Origin: a virus
Taxonomy: Duplodnaviria > Heunggongvirae > Uroviricota > Caudoviricetes
DNA length: 38,421 bases
Virus record (IMG/VR): IMGVR_UViG_2703718837_000008
Coordinates: 1-38,421 of that record
Strand: one strand, 5' to 3'
This document shows, piece after piece, positions 15,755-26,213 of the stretch. The notes beneath the pieces are model-generated. The model saw only the letters and a program-made list of their open reading frames with translations, ran no database searches and was not told the DNA's origin. Within the stretch, counting starts at the first letter, position 1, and each line of letters starts with the position of its first letter. Both the position numbers and the translations under genes were made by a program.

Positions 15755-15831
15755 CCGCCACTAGCTCATCAGGAAAGAGCGTCAACCCTTTAAGTTGAGT
15801 GTGCGAGGTTCGAGTCCCCGGTGGCGGTCCA
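15755..15831 (+). tRNA. Atypical tRNA-like gene, anticodon UUU by loop position (Lys-like) with C33
   Basis: 77 nt, manually folded. Acceptor CCGCCAC/GTGGCGG, D-stem GCTC/GAGC, perfect anticodon stem TCAAC/GTTGA, loop CCTTTAA, T-loop TTCGAGT with one T-stem mismatch, CCA encoded. C at position 33 and C1 are unusual. Confidence 0.5.
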
Positions 15832-15833
15832 GT

Positions 15834-15909
<76 letters not shown>

Positions 15910-15912
15910 TAT

Positions 15913-15987
<75 letters not shown>

Positions 15988-16347
15988 ACAGTAGACGAAA
16001 TCTGGTTGTATTAGGCACTGACATATTGATATGTGGGGCGTTTTCCTGATTTCTTACCGCGTCCTGTTCTGTAATATGAGATGCAGATTACAGTCCAGTG
16101 CCATTTTTTTTACAATAATGGTATGGTGCATTGTCGGTGGAGATTTTGTATTTCCTGGCAGGGGCTAATGATGCACCATCCCAGTGTTGTAAATAACATC
16201 ATAGAGGCGTTCCTCAGCGCGAGGGTGGTTTAAAGAGTCGGTTTAGCGGGAAACCACAGTATCTGCTGTCTGGGCAGGTATTTCGGGAGGCCCCCGACGC
16301 CTCGATTTTCATTACAATAAAAATGATTTATCTCATGCATTGACTAA

Positions 16348-16372
16348 CCGCCGTATCTGGCGGTTTTTTTTA
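16348..16372 (+). terminator. Rho-independent terminator in the tRNA-to-lysis intergenic region
   Basis: CCGCC-GTATCT-GGCGG hairpin followed by nine Ts. Confidence 0.6.
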
Positions 16373-16518
16373 TTCACAAACCCGGTTTTTATGGCTCGCC
16401 ACGGTGGGCTTTTTATATCAGCATTGTCCCCTGAAATTATAGCTTATTAGATTGCTGCGTCTGAAAAACTATATTATTTACATAAACTATACCATCCGTG
16501 CTCCACGGAGGTAAGGCT

Positions 16519-16734
16519 ATGAAATCCATGGACAAAATCTCAACTGGCATTGCCTACGGCACCTCCGCAGGCAGTGCTGGCTACTGGTTTTTACAGTGGC
16601 TCGATCAGGTCAGTCCGTCACAGTGGGCTGCAATTGGTGTGCTGGGAAGTCTAGTTCTGGGCTTTTTGACTTATTTGACGAATGTGTACTTCAAAATCAG
16701 AGAAGACAGACGAAAGGCTGCGAGAGGTGAATAA
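16519..16734 (+). CDS. Class II holin / pinholin (phage 21 S-like) with dual-start motif
   Basis: 71 aa starting [23 protein letters not shown]..., matching S21 (antiholin from Met1, holin from Met4) as I recall it. GGAGG RBS. Two predicted TM segments. Confidence 0.85.
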   Translation: MKSMDKISTGIAYGTSAGSAGYWFLQWLDQVSPSQWAAIGVLGSLVLGFLTYLTNVYFKIREDRRKAARGE

Positions 16735-17231
16735 TGCCTCTATCATTACGAAAAGCCGTTGCTGCTGCTATTGGTGGCGGAGCAATTGCTATAGCATCAG
16801 CGTTAATCACTGGCCCAAGTGGTAACGATGGTCTGGAAGGTGTCAGCTACATACCATACAAAGATATTGTTGGTGTATGGACTGTATGTCACGGACACAC
16901 CGGAAAAGACATCATGCTCGGTAAAACGTATACCGAAGCAGAATGCAAAGCCCTCCTGAATAAAGACCTTGCCACGGTCGCCAGACAAATTAACCCGTAC
17001 ATCAAAGTCGATATACCGGAAACAACGCGCGGCGCTCTTTACTCATTCGTTTACAACGTGGGGGCTGGCAATTTCAGAACATCGACGCTTCTTCGCAAAA
17101 TCAACCAGGGCGATATCAAAGGCGCATGTGATCAGCTACGTCGCTGGACATATGCTGGCGGTAAGCAATGGAAAGGGCTGATGACTCGCCGTGAGATTGA
17201 GCGTGAAGTCTGTATATGGGGGCAGCAATGA
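16734..17231 (+). CDS. SAR endolysin (lysozyme with N-terminal signal-anchor-release domain)
   Basis: 165 aa. Gly/Ala-rich weakly hydrophobic N-terminus ([20 protein letters not shown]) followed by a lysozyme-like catalytic region. TAATG overlap with the holin stop. Confidence 0.8.
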   Translation: MPLSLRKAVAAAIGGGAIAIASALITGPSGNDGLEGVSYIPYKDIVGVWTVCHGHTGKDIMLGKTYTEAECKALLNKDLATVARQINPYIKVDIPETTRGALYSFVYNVGAGNFRTSTLLRKINQGDIKGACDQLRRWTYAGGKQWKGLMTRREIEREVCIWGQQ

Positions 17232-17695
17232 GCAGGTTAAACGCGATTATCTCCGCTCTGATTATCTGCATCATCGTTTGCCTGTCATGGGCTGTTAATC
17301 ATTACCGTGATAACGCCATCGCCTACAAAGAACAGCGTGATAAAAAAGTCAGTGAGCTGAAGCAGGCGACCGCCACCATCGCTGACATGCAGCAGCGTCA
17401 GCGTGATGTTGCTGCGCTCGATGCAAAGTACTCGAGAGAATTAGCCAATGCGAAAGCTGAAAATGAAACTCTGCGCGCTGATGTTGCCGCTGGTCGTAAG
17501 CGCCTGCGGGTCAATGCCAGTTGCTCCGCAGTCGTGCGTGAAGCCACCGGACCCACCAGCGTGGATAATGCAACCAGCCCCCGACTGGCAGACACCGCTG
17601 AACGGGATTATTTCACCCTCAGAGAACGGTTGATGACGATGCAGAAGCAACTGGAAGGGGCGCAGGAATATATCCGCACCCAGTGCATTAAGTAG
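17228..17695 (+). CDS. Spanin inner-membrane subunit (Rz-like)
   Basis: 155 aa from ATG 17228 (ATGA overlap with the endolysin stop). N-terminal TM helix, then coiled-coil periplasmic domain. Confidence 0.75.
   Translation: MSRLNAIISALIICIIVCLSWAVNHYRDNAIAYKEQRDKKVSELKQATATIADMQQRQRDVAALDAKYSRELANAKAENETLRADVAAGRKRLRVNASCSAVVREATGPTSVDNATSPRLADTAERDYFTLRERLMTMQKQLEGAQEYIRTQCIK
17463..17633 (+). CDS. Spanin outer-membrane lipoprotein subunit (Rz1-like), embedded in the +1 frame of Rz
   Basis: 56 aa [17 protein letters not shown]... with lipobox VSAC and a proline-rich mature region. Wholly inside Rz. Confidence 0.7.
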   Translation: MKLCALMLPLVVSACGSMPVAPQSCVKPPDPPAWIMQPAPDWQTPLNGIISPSENG

Positions 17696-17737
17696 CCTTT
17701 TTATCGTGGTAAACATTTCGCAGGGTATGAGGTATTT

Positions 17738-18088
17738 ATGCCATCACGAATCCCACGCGCCTGCCGTAAGCGTGGATGTGCAGGTACAACCACAGACAGT
17801 TCTGGTTACTGCGATAAACATCGTGGCGAAGGATGGGTACAGCATCAACGCGGACTGAGCCGCCACCAGCGTGGCTATGGCTCGAAATGGGATGCCATAC
17901 GTGCGCGCATACTGAAGCGTGATAATCATCTGTGTCAGAACTGCCTGCGCAATGGGAGAGCCGTTGAAGCCAGAACTGTGGACCACATCATTCCGAAAGC
18001 TCATGGTGGCACGGATGCAGACAGTAACCTGCAGAGTCTGTGCTGGCCCTGTCATAAAGCAAAAACAGCGCGCGAACGCATCAATTGA
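17738..18088 (+). CDS. HNH endonuclease (terminase-associated)
   Basis: 116 aa. Cys-rich N-terminus and HNH core (DHIIPKAHGGTDADSNLQSLCWPCH). Immediately upstream of the terminase small subunit. Confidence 0.8.
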   Translation: MPSRIPRACRKRGCAGTTTDSSGYCDKHRGEGWVQHQRGLSRHQRGYGSKWDAIRARILKRDNHLCQNCLRNGRAVEARTVDHIIPKAHGGTDADSNLQSLCWPCHKAKTARERIN

Positions 18089-18235
18089 TAACCGCTCCCA
18101 TCTGCAGGGGAGGGGCGGGTCAAATCTCTGCAGCCCTGGCTGCTCAGTACCGCCGCCTGACCTTTCCTCGCATCGCCGCAGGTTCGAAAACTTTTTTTTG
18201 GAATGTGATTAAATGATTGATAGGTAAAACCGATT

Positions 18236-18718
18236 ATGTCTGGACCCCCGAAAAACCCGCCACGCCTGCATTTGATACGAGGCAACCCCTCAAAGCGCCC
18301 CGTTAAAGACCTCAAAAAAACCGCTAAAAAGGATGAAAAAGGTCTCCCTAAAATTCCGCAACATTTAGGGGCACAGGGGAAGTACTGGTTCAGGCGAATG
18401 GCGGAAGAGTTGAATGCGGAAGGGATCATTTCTCAGCTCGATGCACGTGCGCTCGAGTTACTGGTGGAAGCCTACACCGAATACCGGCATCACTGCGAAA
18501 TACTCGATGTTGAGGGTTATACCTACCGCACGGAAACGCAGAATGGCGATGTGCTGATCAAGGCACACCCGGCTGCTGCGATGAAGGCTGATGCCTGGAA
18601 GCGGATCCGGGCGATGCTTGCAGAGTTTGGTATGTCACCGGCAAGCCGGGCGAAAGTAAATACCGCCGGACCGGATGATGTTGATCCGCTGGCAGAGCTT
18701 TTAAAAGCGAGAGACTGA
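18236..18718 (+). CDS. Terminase small subunit (P27-like family)
   Basis: 160 aa. Position and basic N-terminus consistent with P27-family TerS. Stop overlaps the TerL start. Confidence 0.7.
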   Translation: MSGPPKNPPRLHLIRGNPSKRPVKDLKKTAKKDEKGLPKIPQHLGAQGKYWFRRMAEELNAEGIISQLDARALELLVEAYTEYRHHCEILDVEGYTYRTETQNGDVLIKAHPAAAMKADAWKRIRAMLAEFGMSPASRAKVNTAGPDDVDPLAELLKARD

Positions 18719-20475
18719 TGGCAAAAGTGGCTGACGGGATCCGCTACGCCGAACGCGTTGTTGCAGGAGAAATTGTTGCTGGCGAATTTGTCCGTCTGGC
18801 CTGCCAGCGTTTTCTTGATGACCTGAAGTACGGCGAAGAGCGGGGGATTTATTTCAGTGAACCCCGTGCACAGCACATCCTGAATTTCTACAAATTTGTA
18901 CCCCATGTGAAAGGGGCGCTGGCAGGTCAGCCCATTGAGTTGATGGACTGGCATGTATTTATCCTCATTAATATTTTTGGTTTTGTTATTCCGCTGGTCA
19001 ATGAAGAGACCGGGGAAGTTGTCATGCGCAGCGATGGCAGCGGACGTCCGGTGATGGTGCGCCGGTTCCGGACGGCGTACAACGAAGTCGCCCGTAAAAA
19101 CGCAAAATCAACTCTGTCATCGGGTATCGGCCTGTATATGACGGGGGCAGATGGTGAAGGCGGAGCTGAGGTGTATTCAGCCGCAACCACGCGTGACCAG
19201 GCAAGAATCGTGTTTGAAGACGCCAAAAATATGGTCAGAAAAGCCCGGTCGACACTCGGGCGGTTGTTTGATTTCAACAAGCTGGCGATTTACCAGGAGC
19301 AGAGCGCATCAAAATTTGAACCGCTTTCTTCGGATGCAAACAACCTGGATGGTCTGAACATCCACTGCGCCATTATTGATGAGCTGCATGCACATAAAAC
19401 CCGTGACGTGTGGGACGTTCTGGAAACGGCAACCGGTGCCCGTCTGCAGTCCCTTTTATTTGGTATCACCACGGCAGGGTTTAACAAGGAAGGGATTTGT
19501 TACGAGCAGCGTGATTACGCCATCAAGGTATTGCGTGGCTATAACAGCGACGTGGAGGGCGCGGTAAAAGACGACTCCTACTTTGCGATTATTTACACCC
19601 TCGATGAGGGAGATGATCCGTTTGATGAAACGGTCTGGCAGAAAGCGAATCCCGGCCTGGGCATCTGTAAACGCTGGGATGATCTGCGTCGCCTGGCGAA
19701 AAAAGCGAAAGAACAGGTCTCTGCGCGGGTGAATTTTTTTACCAAACACATGAATGTGTGGGTAACAGCAGAGTCTGCCTGGATGGACATGATTAAGTGG
19801 GAGAAGTGCGAATACATTGCCCCACGACATGAGCTGAAAACGTATCCCATGTGGGTCGGCGTTGACCTTGCTCATAAGATTGATATCTGTGCGGCGGCAA
19901 AACTCTGGCGAACGGATAACGGGCATGTTCATGCCGATTTTAAATTCTGGCTTCCGGAAGGACGGCTGGAACGATGCTCGCGGCAGCAGGCAGAACTTTA
20001 CCGGAAGTGGGCGGAGATGGATAAGCTGATTCTGACGGATGGTGATGTTATCGATCATGCTCAGATAAAAAGTGACTTACTGGAATGGATTGGTGGTGAA
20101 AACCTCAGGGAACTGGGATTTGACCCGTGGAGCGCGATGCAGTTCAGCCTGGCACTGGCTGAAGAAGGGATACCGCTGGTGGAGGTTCCGCAGACGGTTC
20201 GCAATCTGTCAGAGGCCATGAAGGAAACGGAATCACTGGTCTATGCCGGGCGTTTCCATCACAGCAATCATCCGGTCATGAACTGGATGATGTCTAACGT
20301 TACGGTAAAACCGGACAAAAACGACAATATCTTCCCGAATAAATCCACGCTGGAAGCCAAAATCGACGGCCCTGTTGCGATGTTTACAGCAATGAGCCGG
20401 ATGCTGGTCAATGGTGGTGAACCGGAGCCGGATCTGTCTGAACATCTGGTCAGCGTGGGCATCCGCTCGCTTTAA
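18718..20475 (+). CDS. Terminase large subunit
   Basis: 585 aa. ATPase region followed by nuclease region; typical size and position between TerS and portal. Confidence 0.85.
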   Translation: MAKVADGIRYAERVVAGEIVAGEFVRLACQRFLDDLKYGEERGIYFSEPRAQHILNFYKFVPHVKGALAGQPIELMDWHVFILINIFGFVIPLVNEETGEVVMRSDGSGRPVMVRRFRTAYNEVARKNAKSTLSSGIGLYMTGADGEGGAEVYSAATTRDQARIVFEDAKNMVRKARSTLGRLFDFNKLAIYQEQSASKFEPLSSDANNLDGLNIHCAIIDELHAHKTRDVWDVLETATGARLQSLLFGITTAGFNKEGICYEQRDYAIKVLRGYNSDVEGAVKDDSYFAIIYTLDEGDDPFDETVWQKANPGLGICKRWDDLRRLAKKAKEQVSARVNFFTKHMNVWVTAESAWMDMIKWEKCEYIAPRHELKTYPMWVGVDLAHKIDICAAAKLWRTDNGHVHADFKFWLPEGRLERCSRQQAELYRKWAEMDKLILTDGDVIDHAQIKSDLLEWIGGENLRELGFDPWSAMQFSLALAEEGIPLVEVPQTVRNLSEAMKETESLVYAGRFHHSNHPVMNWMMSNVTVKPDKNDNIFPNKSTLEAKIDGPVAMFTAMSRMLVNGGEPEPDLSEHLVSVGIRSL

Positions 20476-20486
20476 CCGAGGTCATT

Positions 20487-20669
20487 ATGTTTCTGATAAT
20501 TCTCGCGCCACTGGTGGGCGTGCTGGGTGCGCTTTTGCTGGCGTATGGTGCCTGGCTGATTTATCCCCCGGCGGGTTTTGTTGTTGCCGGGGTGCTGTGC
20601 CTGTTCTGGTCGTGGCTGGTGGCGCGATATCTCGATCGTACACAGCTGTCTGTCGGCGGAGGTAAATAG
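20487..20669 (+). CDS. Small hydrophobic membrane protein (hypothetical)
   Basis: 60 aa with two hydrophobic stretches, between terminase and portal. Confidence 0.35.
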   Translation: MFLIILAPLVGVLGALLLAYGAWLIYPPAGFVVAGVLCLFWSWLVARYLDRTQLSVGGGK

Positions 20670-21910
20670 TGTTCTTTTCGGGATTATTTCAACGAAAAAG
20701 TGACGCGCCGGTGACCACGCCAGCAGAGCTGGCGGATGCCATCGGGTTGTCCTACGACACCTATACCGGAAAGCAGATCAGCAGTCAGCGAGCCATGCGA
20801 CTGACGGCGGTTTTTTCCTGCGTCAGGGTGCTGGCAGAGTCGGTCGGGATGTTGCCCTGCAATCTGTATCACCTGAACGGCAGCCTGAAGCAGAGAGCCA
20901 CCGGCGAACGTCTGCATAAACTGATCTCCACGCATCCCAATGGCTATATGACGCCGCAGGAGTTCTGGGAGCTGGTGGTCACCTGTCTGTGCCTGAGGGG
21001 AAATTTTTACGCCTACAAAGTGAAAGCATTTGGCGAAGTGGCTGAACTGCTGCCCGTCGACCCCGGTTGTGTGGTACCGAAGCTTAACAGTAGCTGGGAA
21101 CCGGTTTACCAGGTCACATTCCCGGACGGCTCCACGGATGTACTGAGCCAGGAAGATATCTGGCATGTGCGCACGCTGACGCTGGACGGTCTGGTGGGAC
21201 TGAATCCCATCGCCTATGCCCGCGAGGCAATATCGCTGGCAGCAGCGACCGAAGAGCACGGGGCCAGACTGTTCAGCAATGGTGCGGTGACGTCCGGTGT
21301 GTTGCGTACAGAACAGACGCTGTCGGATCAGGCTTATGAGCGCCTGAAGAAAGATTTTGAGGAGCGTCACACCGGGCTTGGCAATGCTCACCGCCCGATG
21401 ATCCTTGAGATGGGGCTGGACTGGAAGTCGATGGCGCTGAACGCCGAGGACAGCCAGTTCCTGGAAACCCGCAAGTTTCAGCTTGAAGAAATCTGTCGTC
21501 TGTTCCGGGTGCCGTTGCACATGGTGCAGAACACCGATCGCGCCACCTTCAACAATATCGAAGAGCTGGGGCTGGGATTTATCAACTATTCACTGGTGCC
21601 GTATCTGACCCGCATCGAACAGCGGATCAACACCGGACTGGTACGAAAAAGTAAGCAGGGCGTTTATTACGCCAAATTTAACGCCGGGGCGTTACTGCGC
21701 GGGGATATGAAGTCCCGTTTTGAAGCCTACGCCACCGGGATCAACTGGGGAATTTACTCTCCCAATGACTGCCGCGACCTGGAAGATATGAATCCGCGTC
21801 CCGGTGGGGATGTCTATCTCACACCGATGAACATGACCACGAAACCATCCGATGGCAGTAAAGCCGGTAAGCAGAAGGATAACGCCAATGCAGACGAAAC
21901 AACGTCTTGA
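20669..21910 (+). CDS. Portal protein (HK97 family)
   Basis: 413 aa. GTG start preceded by GGAGG. Position after terminase. Confidence 0.8.
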   Translation: MFFSGLFQRKSDAPVTTPAELADAIGLSYDTYTGKQISSQRAMRLTAVFSCVRVLAESVGMLPCNLYHLNGSLKQRATGERLHKLISTHPNGYMTPQEFWELVVTCLCLRGNFYAYKVKAFGEVAELLPVDPGCVVPKLNSSWEPVYQVTFPDGSTDVLSQEDIWHVRTLTLDGLVGLNPIAYAREAISLAAATEEHGARLFSNGAVTSGVLRTEQTLSDQAYERLKKDFEERHTGLGNAHRPMILEMGLDWKSMALNAEDSQFLETRKFQLEEICRLFRVPLHMVQNTDRATFNNIEELGLGFINYSLVPYLTRIEQRINTGLVRKSKQGVYYAKFNAGALLRGDMKSRFEAYATGINWGIYSPNDCRDLEDMNPRPGGDVYLTPMNMTTKPSDGSKAGKQKDNANADETTS

Positions 21911-22538
21911 TGTACCGCTGAGTCTGAAATCTGTCAGTGACTCCGGTGAGTTTGAAGGGTATGGCTCCGTCTTTGGTGTAAAGGACAGCCACGATGATGT
22001 GGTGATGTCCGGGGCATTTGCTGCTTCCCTGCGGGCGTGGAGTGACAGAAAAGCGTTACCTGCGCTGCTCTGGCAGCACCGCATGGATGAACCCATCGGT
22101 GTTTACACCGAAATAAAGGAAGACGATGTCGGGCTTTACGTCAGGGGACGGTTGCTTATTGATGATGATCCCCTCGCAAAACGCGCACATGCACACATGA
22201 AGGCCGGTTCGTTAACCGGCCTTTCTATTGGGTACGTCCTGAAAGACTGGGAATACGACCGGAGCAAAGAAGCCTTTCTGCTGAAAGAAATCGACCTCTG
22301 GGAAGTCAGCCTGGTGACGTTCCCGTCTAACGACGAGGCGCGGATCAGCGACGTCAAGAACGCACTGGCCCGCGGGGAAATCCCCGAACAGAAAAAAATC
22401 GAAAGAGTCCTGCGTGATGTCGGACTCTCCCGTACCCAGGCCAAAGCATTCATGGCCGGGGGCTATGGCGCACTGTCCCTGCGCGACGCTGAGGATGTGG
22501 GCTCTGCACTGAATGCACTGAAAAATCTGAACTTCTAA
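21888..22538 (+). CDS. Prohead maturation protease (HK97 gp4-like)
   Basis: ~216 aa from internal Met MQTKQRLDVP... (the ORF-track start at 21852 is also possible). Region GYGSVFGVKDSHDDVVMSGAFAASL resembles the S78-type prohead protease family. Confidence 0.75.
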   Translation: MQTKQRLDVPLSLKSVSDSGEFEGYGSVFGVKDSHDDVVMSGAFAASLRAWSDRKALPALLWQHRMDEPIGVYTEIKEDDVGLYVRGRLLIDDDPLAKRAHAHMKAGSLTGLSIGYVLKDWEYDRSKEAFLLKEIDLWEVSLVTFPSNDEARISDVKNALARGEIPEQKKIERVLRDVGLSRTQAKAFMAGGYGALSLRDAEDVGSALNALKNLNF

Positions 22539-22552
22539 TCAGGAGAAATACG

Positions 22553-23758
22553 ATGGCGGTTGATATTAAAGATGTGGAACAGGTCGCGCAGGAGCTGCAG
22601 CAGAAGTTTGACGACTTCAAAGCAAAGAACGACAAGCGCGTGGATGCGATTGAGCAGGAAAAAGGCAAACTTGCCGGGCAGGTGGAAACCCTGAACGGGA
22701 AACTCAGCGAGCTGGAAAACCTCAAAAGCGATCTTGAAAAAGAGCTGCTTGAGCTGAAACGTCCGGCAGGTGGTGCGCAAAATAAACTGGCCACCGAGCA
22801 TAAAGAAGCGTTTGTGGGCTTCCTGCGTAAAGGCCGTGAAGATGGTCTGCGCGATCTGGAGCGCAAGGCATTACAGGTGGGCACCGATGAAGACGGCGGC
22901 TATGCCGTGCCGGAAGCACTGGATCGCAACATTCTCACCCTGCTGAAAGATGAAGTGGTGATGCGCCAGGAAGCCACGGTGATCAGCGTTGGTGGTTCCG
23001 ACTACAAAAAACTGGTGAATCTGGGCGGCACGGCTTCCGGATGGGTTGGCGAGACTGACGCGCGCTCCCAGACTGCCACCTCAAAACTGGGGCTGATTGA
23101 ACCTTTCATGGGGGAAATCTACGGTAACCCGCAGGCCACCCAGAAAATGCTGGATGATGCCTTTTTCAACGTGGAAGCATGGATCAACAGCGAGCTGGCA
23201 ACCGAATTTGCCGAACAGGAAGAAATTGCCTTTACCACCGGCGATGGTACCAAGAAGCCGAAAGGGTTCCTGGCGTATGAGTCCACGGATGAAACAGACA
23301 AGGTCCGGGCGTTCGGCAAACTTCAGCATATTGTATCCGGCGAAGCGACGGCGGTGACCGCAGATGCCATTATCAAACTGATTTACACGCTGCGTAAGGC
23401 ACACCGCACTGGCGCGAAGTTCATGATGAACAACAACAGTCTGTTTGCCATCCGTCTGCTGAAAGACAGTGAGGGTAACTATCTGTGGCGTCCGGGGCTG
23501 GAGCTGGGGCAGCCGTCCTCTCTGGCGGGTTACGCTATCGCTGAAAACGAACAGATGCCGGATATTGCCGCTGATGCGAAAGCCATTGCATTTGGTAACT
23601 TCAAACGGGGTTACACCATCGTTGACCGTATCGGTACCCGCATTCTGCGTGACCCGTACACCAATAAACCGTTTGTCGGTTTTTATACCACCAAGCGCAC
23701 CGGCGGCATGCTGGTCGATTCGCAGGCCATCAAACTGCTGAAGATTGCAGCGGCGTAA
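22553..23758 (+). CDS. Major capsid protein (HK97 fold) with N-terminal coiled-coil delta domain
   Basis: 401 aa. GGAGA RBS. Coiled-coil N-terminal ~100 aa followed by the capsid domain. Strong hairpin after the stop. Confidence 0.85.
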   Translation: MAVDIKDVEQVAQELQQKFDDFKAKNDKRVDAIEQEKGKLAGQVETLNGKLSELENLKSDLEKELLELKRPAGGAQNKLATEHKEAFVGFLRKGREDGLRDLERKALQVGTDEDGGYAVPEALDRNILTLLKDEVVMRQEATVISVGGSDYKKLVNLGGTASGWVGETDARSQTATSKLGLIEPFMGEIYGNPQATQKMLDDAFFNVEAWINSELATEFAEQEEIAFTTGDGTKKPKGFLAYESTDETDKVRAFGKLQHIVSGEATAVTADAIIKLIYTLRKAHRTGAKFMMNNNSLFAIRLLKDSEGNYLWRPGLELGQPSSLAGYAIAENEQMPDIAADAKAIAFGNFKRGYTIVDRIGTRILRDPYTNKPFVGFYTTKRTGGMLVDSQAIKLLKIAAA

Positions 23759-23763
23759 TCATT

Positions 23764-23789
23764 CAGGGGGCGCAGAAGTGCGCCCCCTG
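23764..23789 (+). terminator. Strong hairpin after the major capsid gene
   Basis: CAGGGGGCGC-AGAAGT-GCGCCCCCTG, a 10-bp GC-rich stem with a weak T-tract. Confidence 0.5.
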
Positions 23790-23809
23790 TTCTGACAGGT
23801 GAAAGAATC

Positions 23810-23998
23810 ATGATCCTGAAACAAGATCTGAAATGGTCACCGGACGGTATGCGTGTTGAGATTATTCGGGCCGGTGAGTATGAAGATAAAGAATTACCCG
23901 AACGGGTACGCGAAATTGCCACTGCAGCTGGGATTGTCTCTGATAAGAGAACACCTGTTGCGCGGGGGGCTGATAAGTCTAAAAAACAGCATTCATAG
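23810..23998 (+). CDS. Hypothetical small head-region protein
   Basis: 62-aa ORF between capsid and head-tail connector genes. Confidence 0.35.
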   Translation: MILKQDLKWSPDGMRVEIIRAGEYEDKELPERVREIATAAGIVSDKRTPVARGADKSKKQHS

Positions 23999-24009
23999 AG
24001 GTTGCCCAA

Positions 24010-24315
24010 ATGATGCCCACTCTGGAAGAGCTTCGTGTTCAGTGCAGGATTGATGATGACAATGAACAGGAGAATGCTCTTCTTATGATGTATCTGGCTG
24101 CTGCCAGGGAAGAGGCTGAAAAGTTTTTAAACCGGACGCTTTACGATGAAACTGTTTCTGAGCAGGATACGACCGGGCTTGTAATAACACCGCTGATAAA
24201 GCTGCGTCTTATGCAACTGGTTGGCTACTGGTACGAGAACAGGGAAATGCAGGATGCAATGCCTGATTTTTTCTATACCGGACTGCGGATGTATCGGTTT
24301 CATCCCGGAACATAG
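24010..24315 (+). CDS. Head-tail connector protein (gp6-like)
   Basis: 101 aa; size, position and N-terminal MPTLEELRVQCRID pattern typical of gp6-like connector proteins. Confidence 0.6.
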   Translation: MMPTLEELRVQCRIDDDNEQENALLMMYLAAAREEAEKFLNRTLYDETVSEQDTTGLVITPLIKLRLMQLVGYWYENREMQDAMPDFFYTGLRMYRFHPGT

Positions 24316-24323
24316 GGGGATTC

Positions 24324-24662
24324 ATGCAGGCAGGAAGATTACGTGATCGTGTGGTTATTCTGAATGCCACCACCGTTCGGTCTCCGTCAGGGCACCCTGT
24401 GGAAACAATGACGGAGGGGGCAACCATATGGGCAGAAGTTAAGGGGATCAGTGGCAGGGAGAGAATATCCGGAGGCGCAGAAACTGCTCAGGCTACAGTG
24501 AGGGTCTGGATGAGATTCCGGCGAGATGTAACAGCAACTTCATGTCTGAAAGTGCTGACTGGTGCATTCAAAGGCGCGATTCTGAGTATAGACGGTCCGC
24601 CGATACCGGATGCTCGTGCCACACGGCTTGAGATACTCTGTTCTCAGAAGGGGAATGTGTGA
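24324..24662 (+). CDS. Head closure / head-tail adaptor protein
   Basis: 112 aa; gene order in an HK97-like head module. Confidence 0.55.
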   Translation: MQAGRLRDRVVILNATTVRSPSGHPVETMTEGATIWAEVKGISGRERISGGAETAQATVRVWMRFRRDVTATSCLKVLTGAFKGAILSIDGPPIPDARATRLEILCSQKGNV

Positions 24663-25108
24663 TGGATTTCAGTCTTGATTTTTCAGGTCTGGCGGATATT
24701 GCACGGGATCTGGAGACGCTCAGCAGGGCAGAAAACAATAAGGTGCTGCGCGATGCCACCCGTGCCGGTGCTGAAGTTATGCGGGATGCAGTTGTTGAAC
24801 GTGCGCCGGAGCGAACCGGGAAACTGAAGAAAAATGTGGTTGTTCTCACTCAGCGTTCAAAGCGTCGGGGGGAAATTATCTCGGGTGTCCACATTCGTGG
24901 ACGGAACCTGCGAACCGGAAACAGTGATAACAGCATGAAAGCCAGTGATCCCCGAAATGCGTTTTACTGGCGCTTTGTGGAGCTGGGAACGATAAACATG
25001 CCCGCGCATCCGTTCATTCGCCCGGCTTTCGATACGACAGAGGAACTGGCAGCACAGATTGCCATACAGCGAATGAATCAGGCTATTGATGAGGTCTTAA
25101 GTAAATGA
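24659..25108 (+). CDS. HK97 gp10-family tail component
   Basis: 149 aa; start overlaps the upstream stop; position. Confidence 0.55.
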   Translation: MMDFSLDFSGLADIARDLETLSRAENNKVLRDATRAGAEVMRDAVVERAPERTGKLKKNVVVLTQRSKRRGEIISGVHIRGRNLRTGNSDNSMKASDPRNAFYWRFVELGTINMPAHPFIRPAFDTTEELAAQIAIQRMNQAIDEVLSK

Positions 25109-25449
25109 GAGAGACCACACTGTATTCCCTGCTGTCTCAACTGGCCGGAGGACAGGTTTATCCTTATGTGGTCCCGCTGACGGAGGGAAAGCCTGCGGTA
25201 TCTCCGCCATGGCTGGTATTTTCTGTGGTGTCTGACACTGCGTCTGATGTGCTTGATGGTCAGGCTGAATCCAGAATTACCGTGCAGATCGATGTCTGGG
25301 CAACAGTACCTGATGACGCAGATGATATCCGTGAGCAGGCGCTTGATGCGGTAAGGCAACTTGCACCCTCCGTTATTTCTAAAACTCAGGGTTATGATCC
25401 TGATTCCCGTCTGAGCAGAGCCACGCTTGAATTTCAGGTAATAGCCTGA
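25105..25449 (+). CDS. Tail terminator/completion protein (hypothetical)
   Basis: 114 aa; position immediately before the major tail gene. Confidence 0.5.
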   Translation: MRETTLYSLLSQLAGGQVYPYVVPLTEGKPAVSPPWLVFSVVSDTASDVLDGQAESRITVQIDVWATVPDDADDIREQALDAVRQLAPSVISKTQGYDPDSRLSRATLEFQVIA

Positions 25450-25469
25450 GGTCGTTAATGATTTTACCC

Positions 25470-25496
25470 ACCCGCCGCTGGCGGGTTTTTTATTTT
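25470..25496 (+). terminator. Rho-independent terminator/attenuator upstream of the major tail gene
   Basis: ACCCGCC-GCT-GGCGGGT hairpin followed by TTTTTATTTT. Confidence 0.6.
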
Positions 25497-25508
25497 CAGG
25501 AGACGAGT

Positions 25509-26213
25509 ATGTCCTCTAATTTTGAGCGTTCGCAACTGACGAAAATTATGATTTCGTCTGCACCGGTAACAGCAGAAACCCTGGATTCTGCCAGCTATCT
25601 TGGCCTGAGCTGTACAATCAAAGAGGTGCAGTTTACCGCAGGACAAAAGCAGGATATTGATGTCACCACGCTGTGTTCTGTTGAGCAGGAAAATATTAAC
25701 GGCCTTGGTGCCGCGTCAGAGATTTCCATGTCAGGCAACTTTTACCTCAATGCTGCCCAGAACGCGTTGCGCAGTGCCTATGACAATGACACCACGTATG
25801 GCTTTAAAGTTATTTTTCCGTCAGGCAACGGATTTACCTTTATGGCAGAGGTGCGTCAGCATACCTGGTCTGCAGGAACTAATGGTGTTGTGGCTGCAAC
25901 GTTTTCCCTGCGCCTGAAAGGTAAACCTGTGCTGACGACAGAGCCGCTGAAAGTGAAGGTCGATTTAAACAGCACGCTGCAGGTTTCTGCCGGAGCGAAA
26001 CTCGAAATGGTGGTTGAGGCTGCCGGTGGTGTGCCGCCTTATTCTTATGTCTGGAAGAAAGGTAGTTCTCCTGTTTCCGGACAGACGGCGGCAACATTCA
26101 GTAAGGCATCAGCAGCATCAGGTGATGCCGGTGCGTATACCTGTGAGATTTCTGATTCAGCAAGCCCTGTTAACAAGGTGACCTCCACTTCCTGCACTGT
26201 TACCGTCAGTTAA
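25509..26213 (+). CDS. Major tail protein with C-terminal Ig-like domain
   Basis: 234 aa from ATG 25509 with AGGAGA RBS; the ORF-track start at 25458 would overlap the terminator. Ser/Thr/Val-rich beta-type C-terminal region. Confidence 0.7.
   Translation: MSSNFERSQLTKIMISSAPVTAETLDSASYLGLSCTIKEVQFTAGQKQDIDVTTLCSVEQENINGLGAASEISMSGNFYLNAAQNALRSAYDNDTTYGFKVIFPSGNGFTFMAEVRQHTWSAGTNGVVAATFSLRLKGKPVLTTEPLKVKVDLNSTLQVSAGAKLEMVVEAAGGVPPYSYVWKKGSSPVSGQTAATFSKASAASGDAGAYTCEISDSASPVNKVTSTSCTVTVS

Noticed and set aside
16000-16500. Search for a toxin or other cargo gene between the tRNA array and the holin
   Set aside because: No ORF with a plausible RBS and length; the region contains only hairpin/terminator-like elements, so no stx-like cargo is called.
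19456-21520. 200-aa and 278-aa minus-strand ORFs
   Set aside because: Antisense to the terminase large subunit and portal genes respectively; no motifs; typical long antisense ORFs in GC-rich coding sequence.
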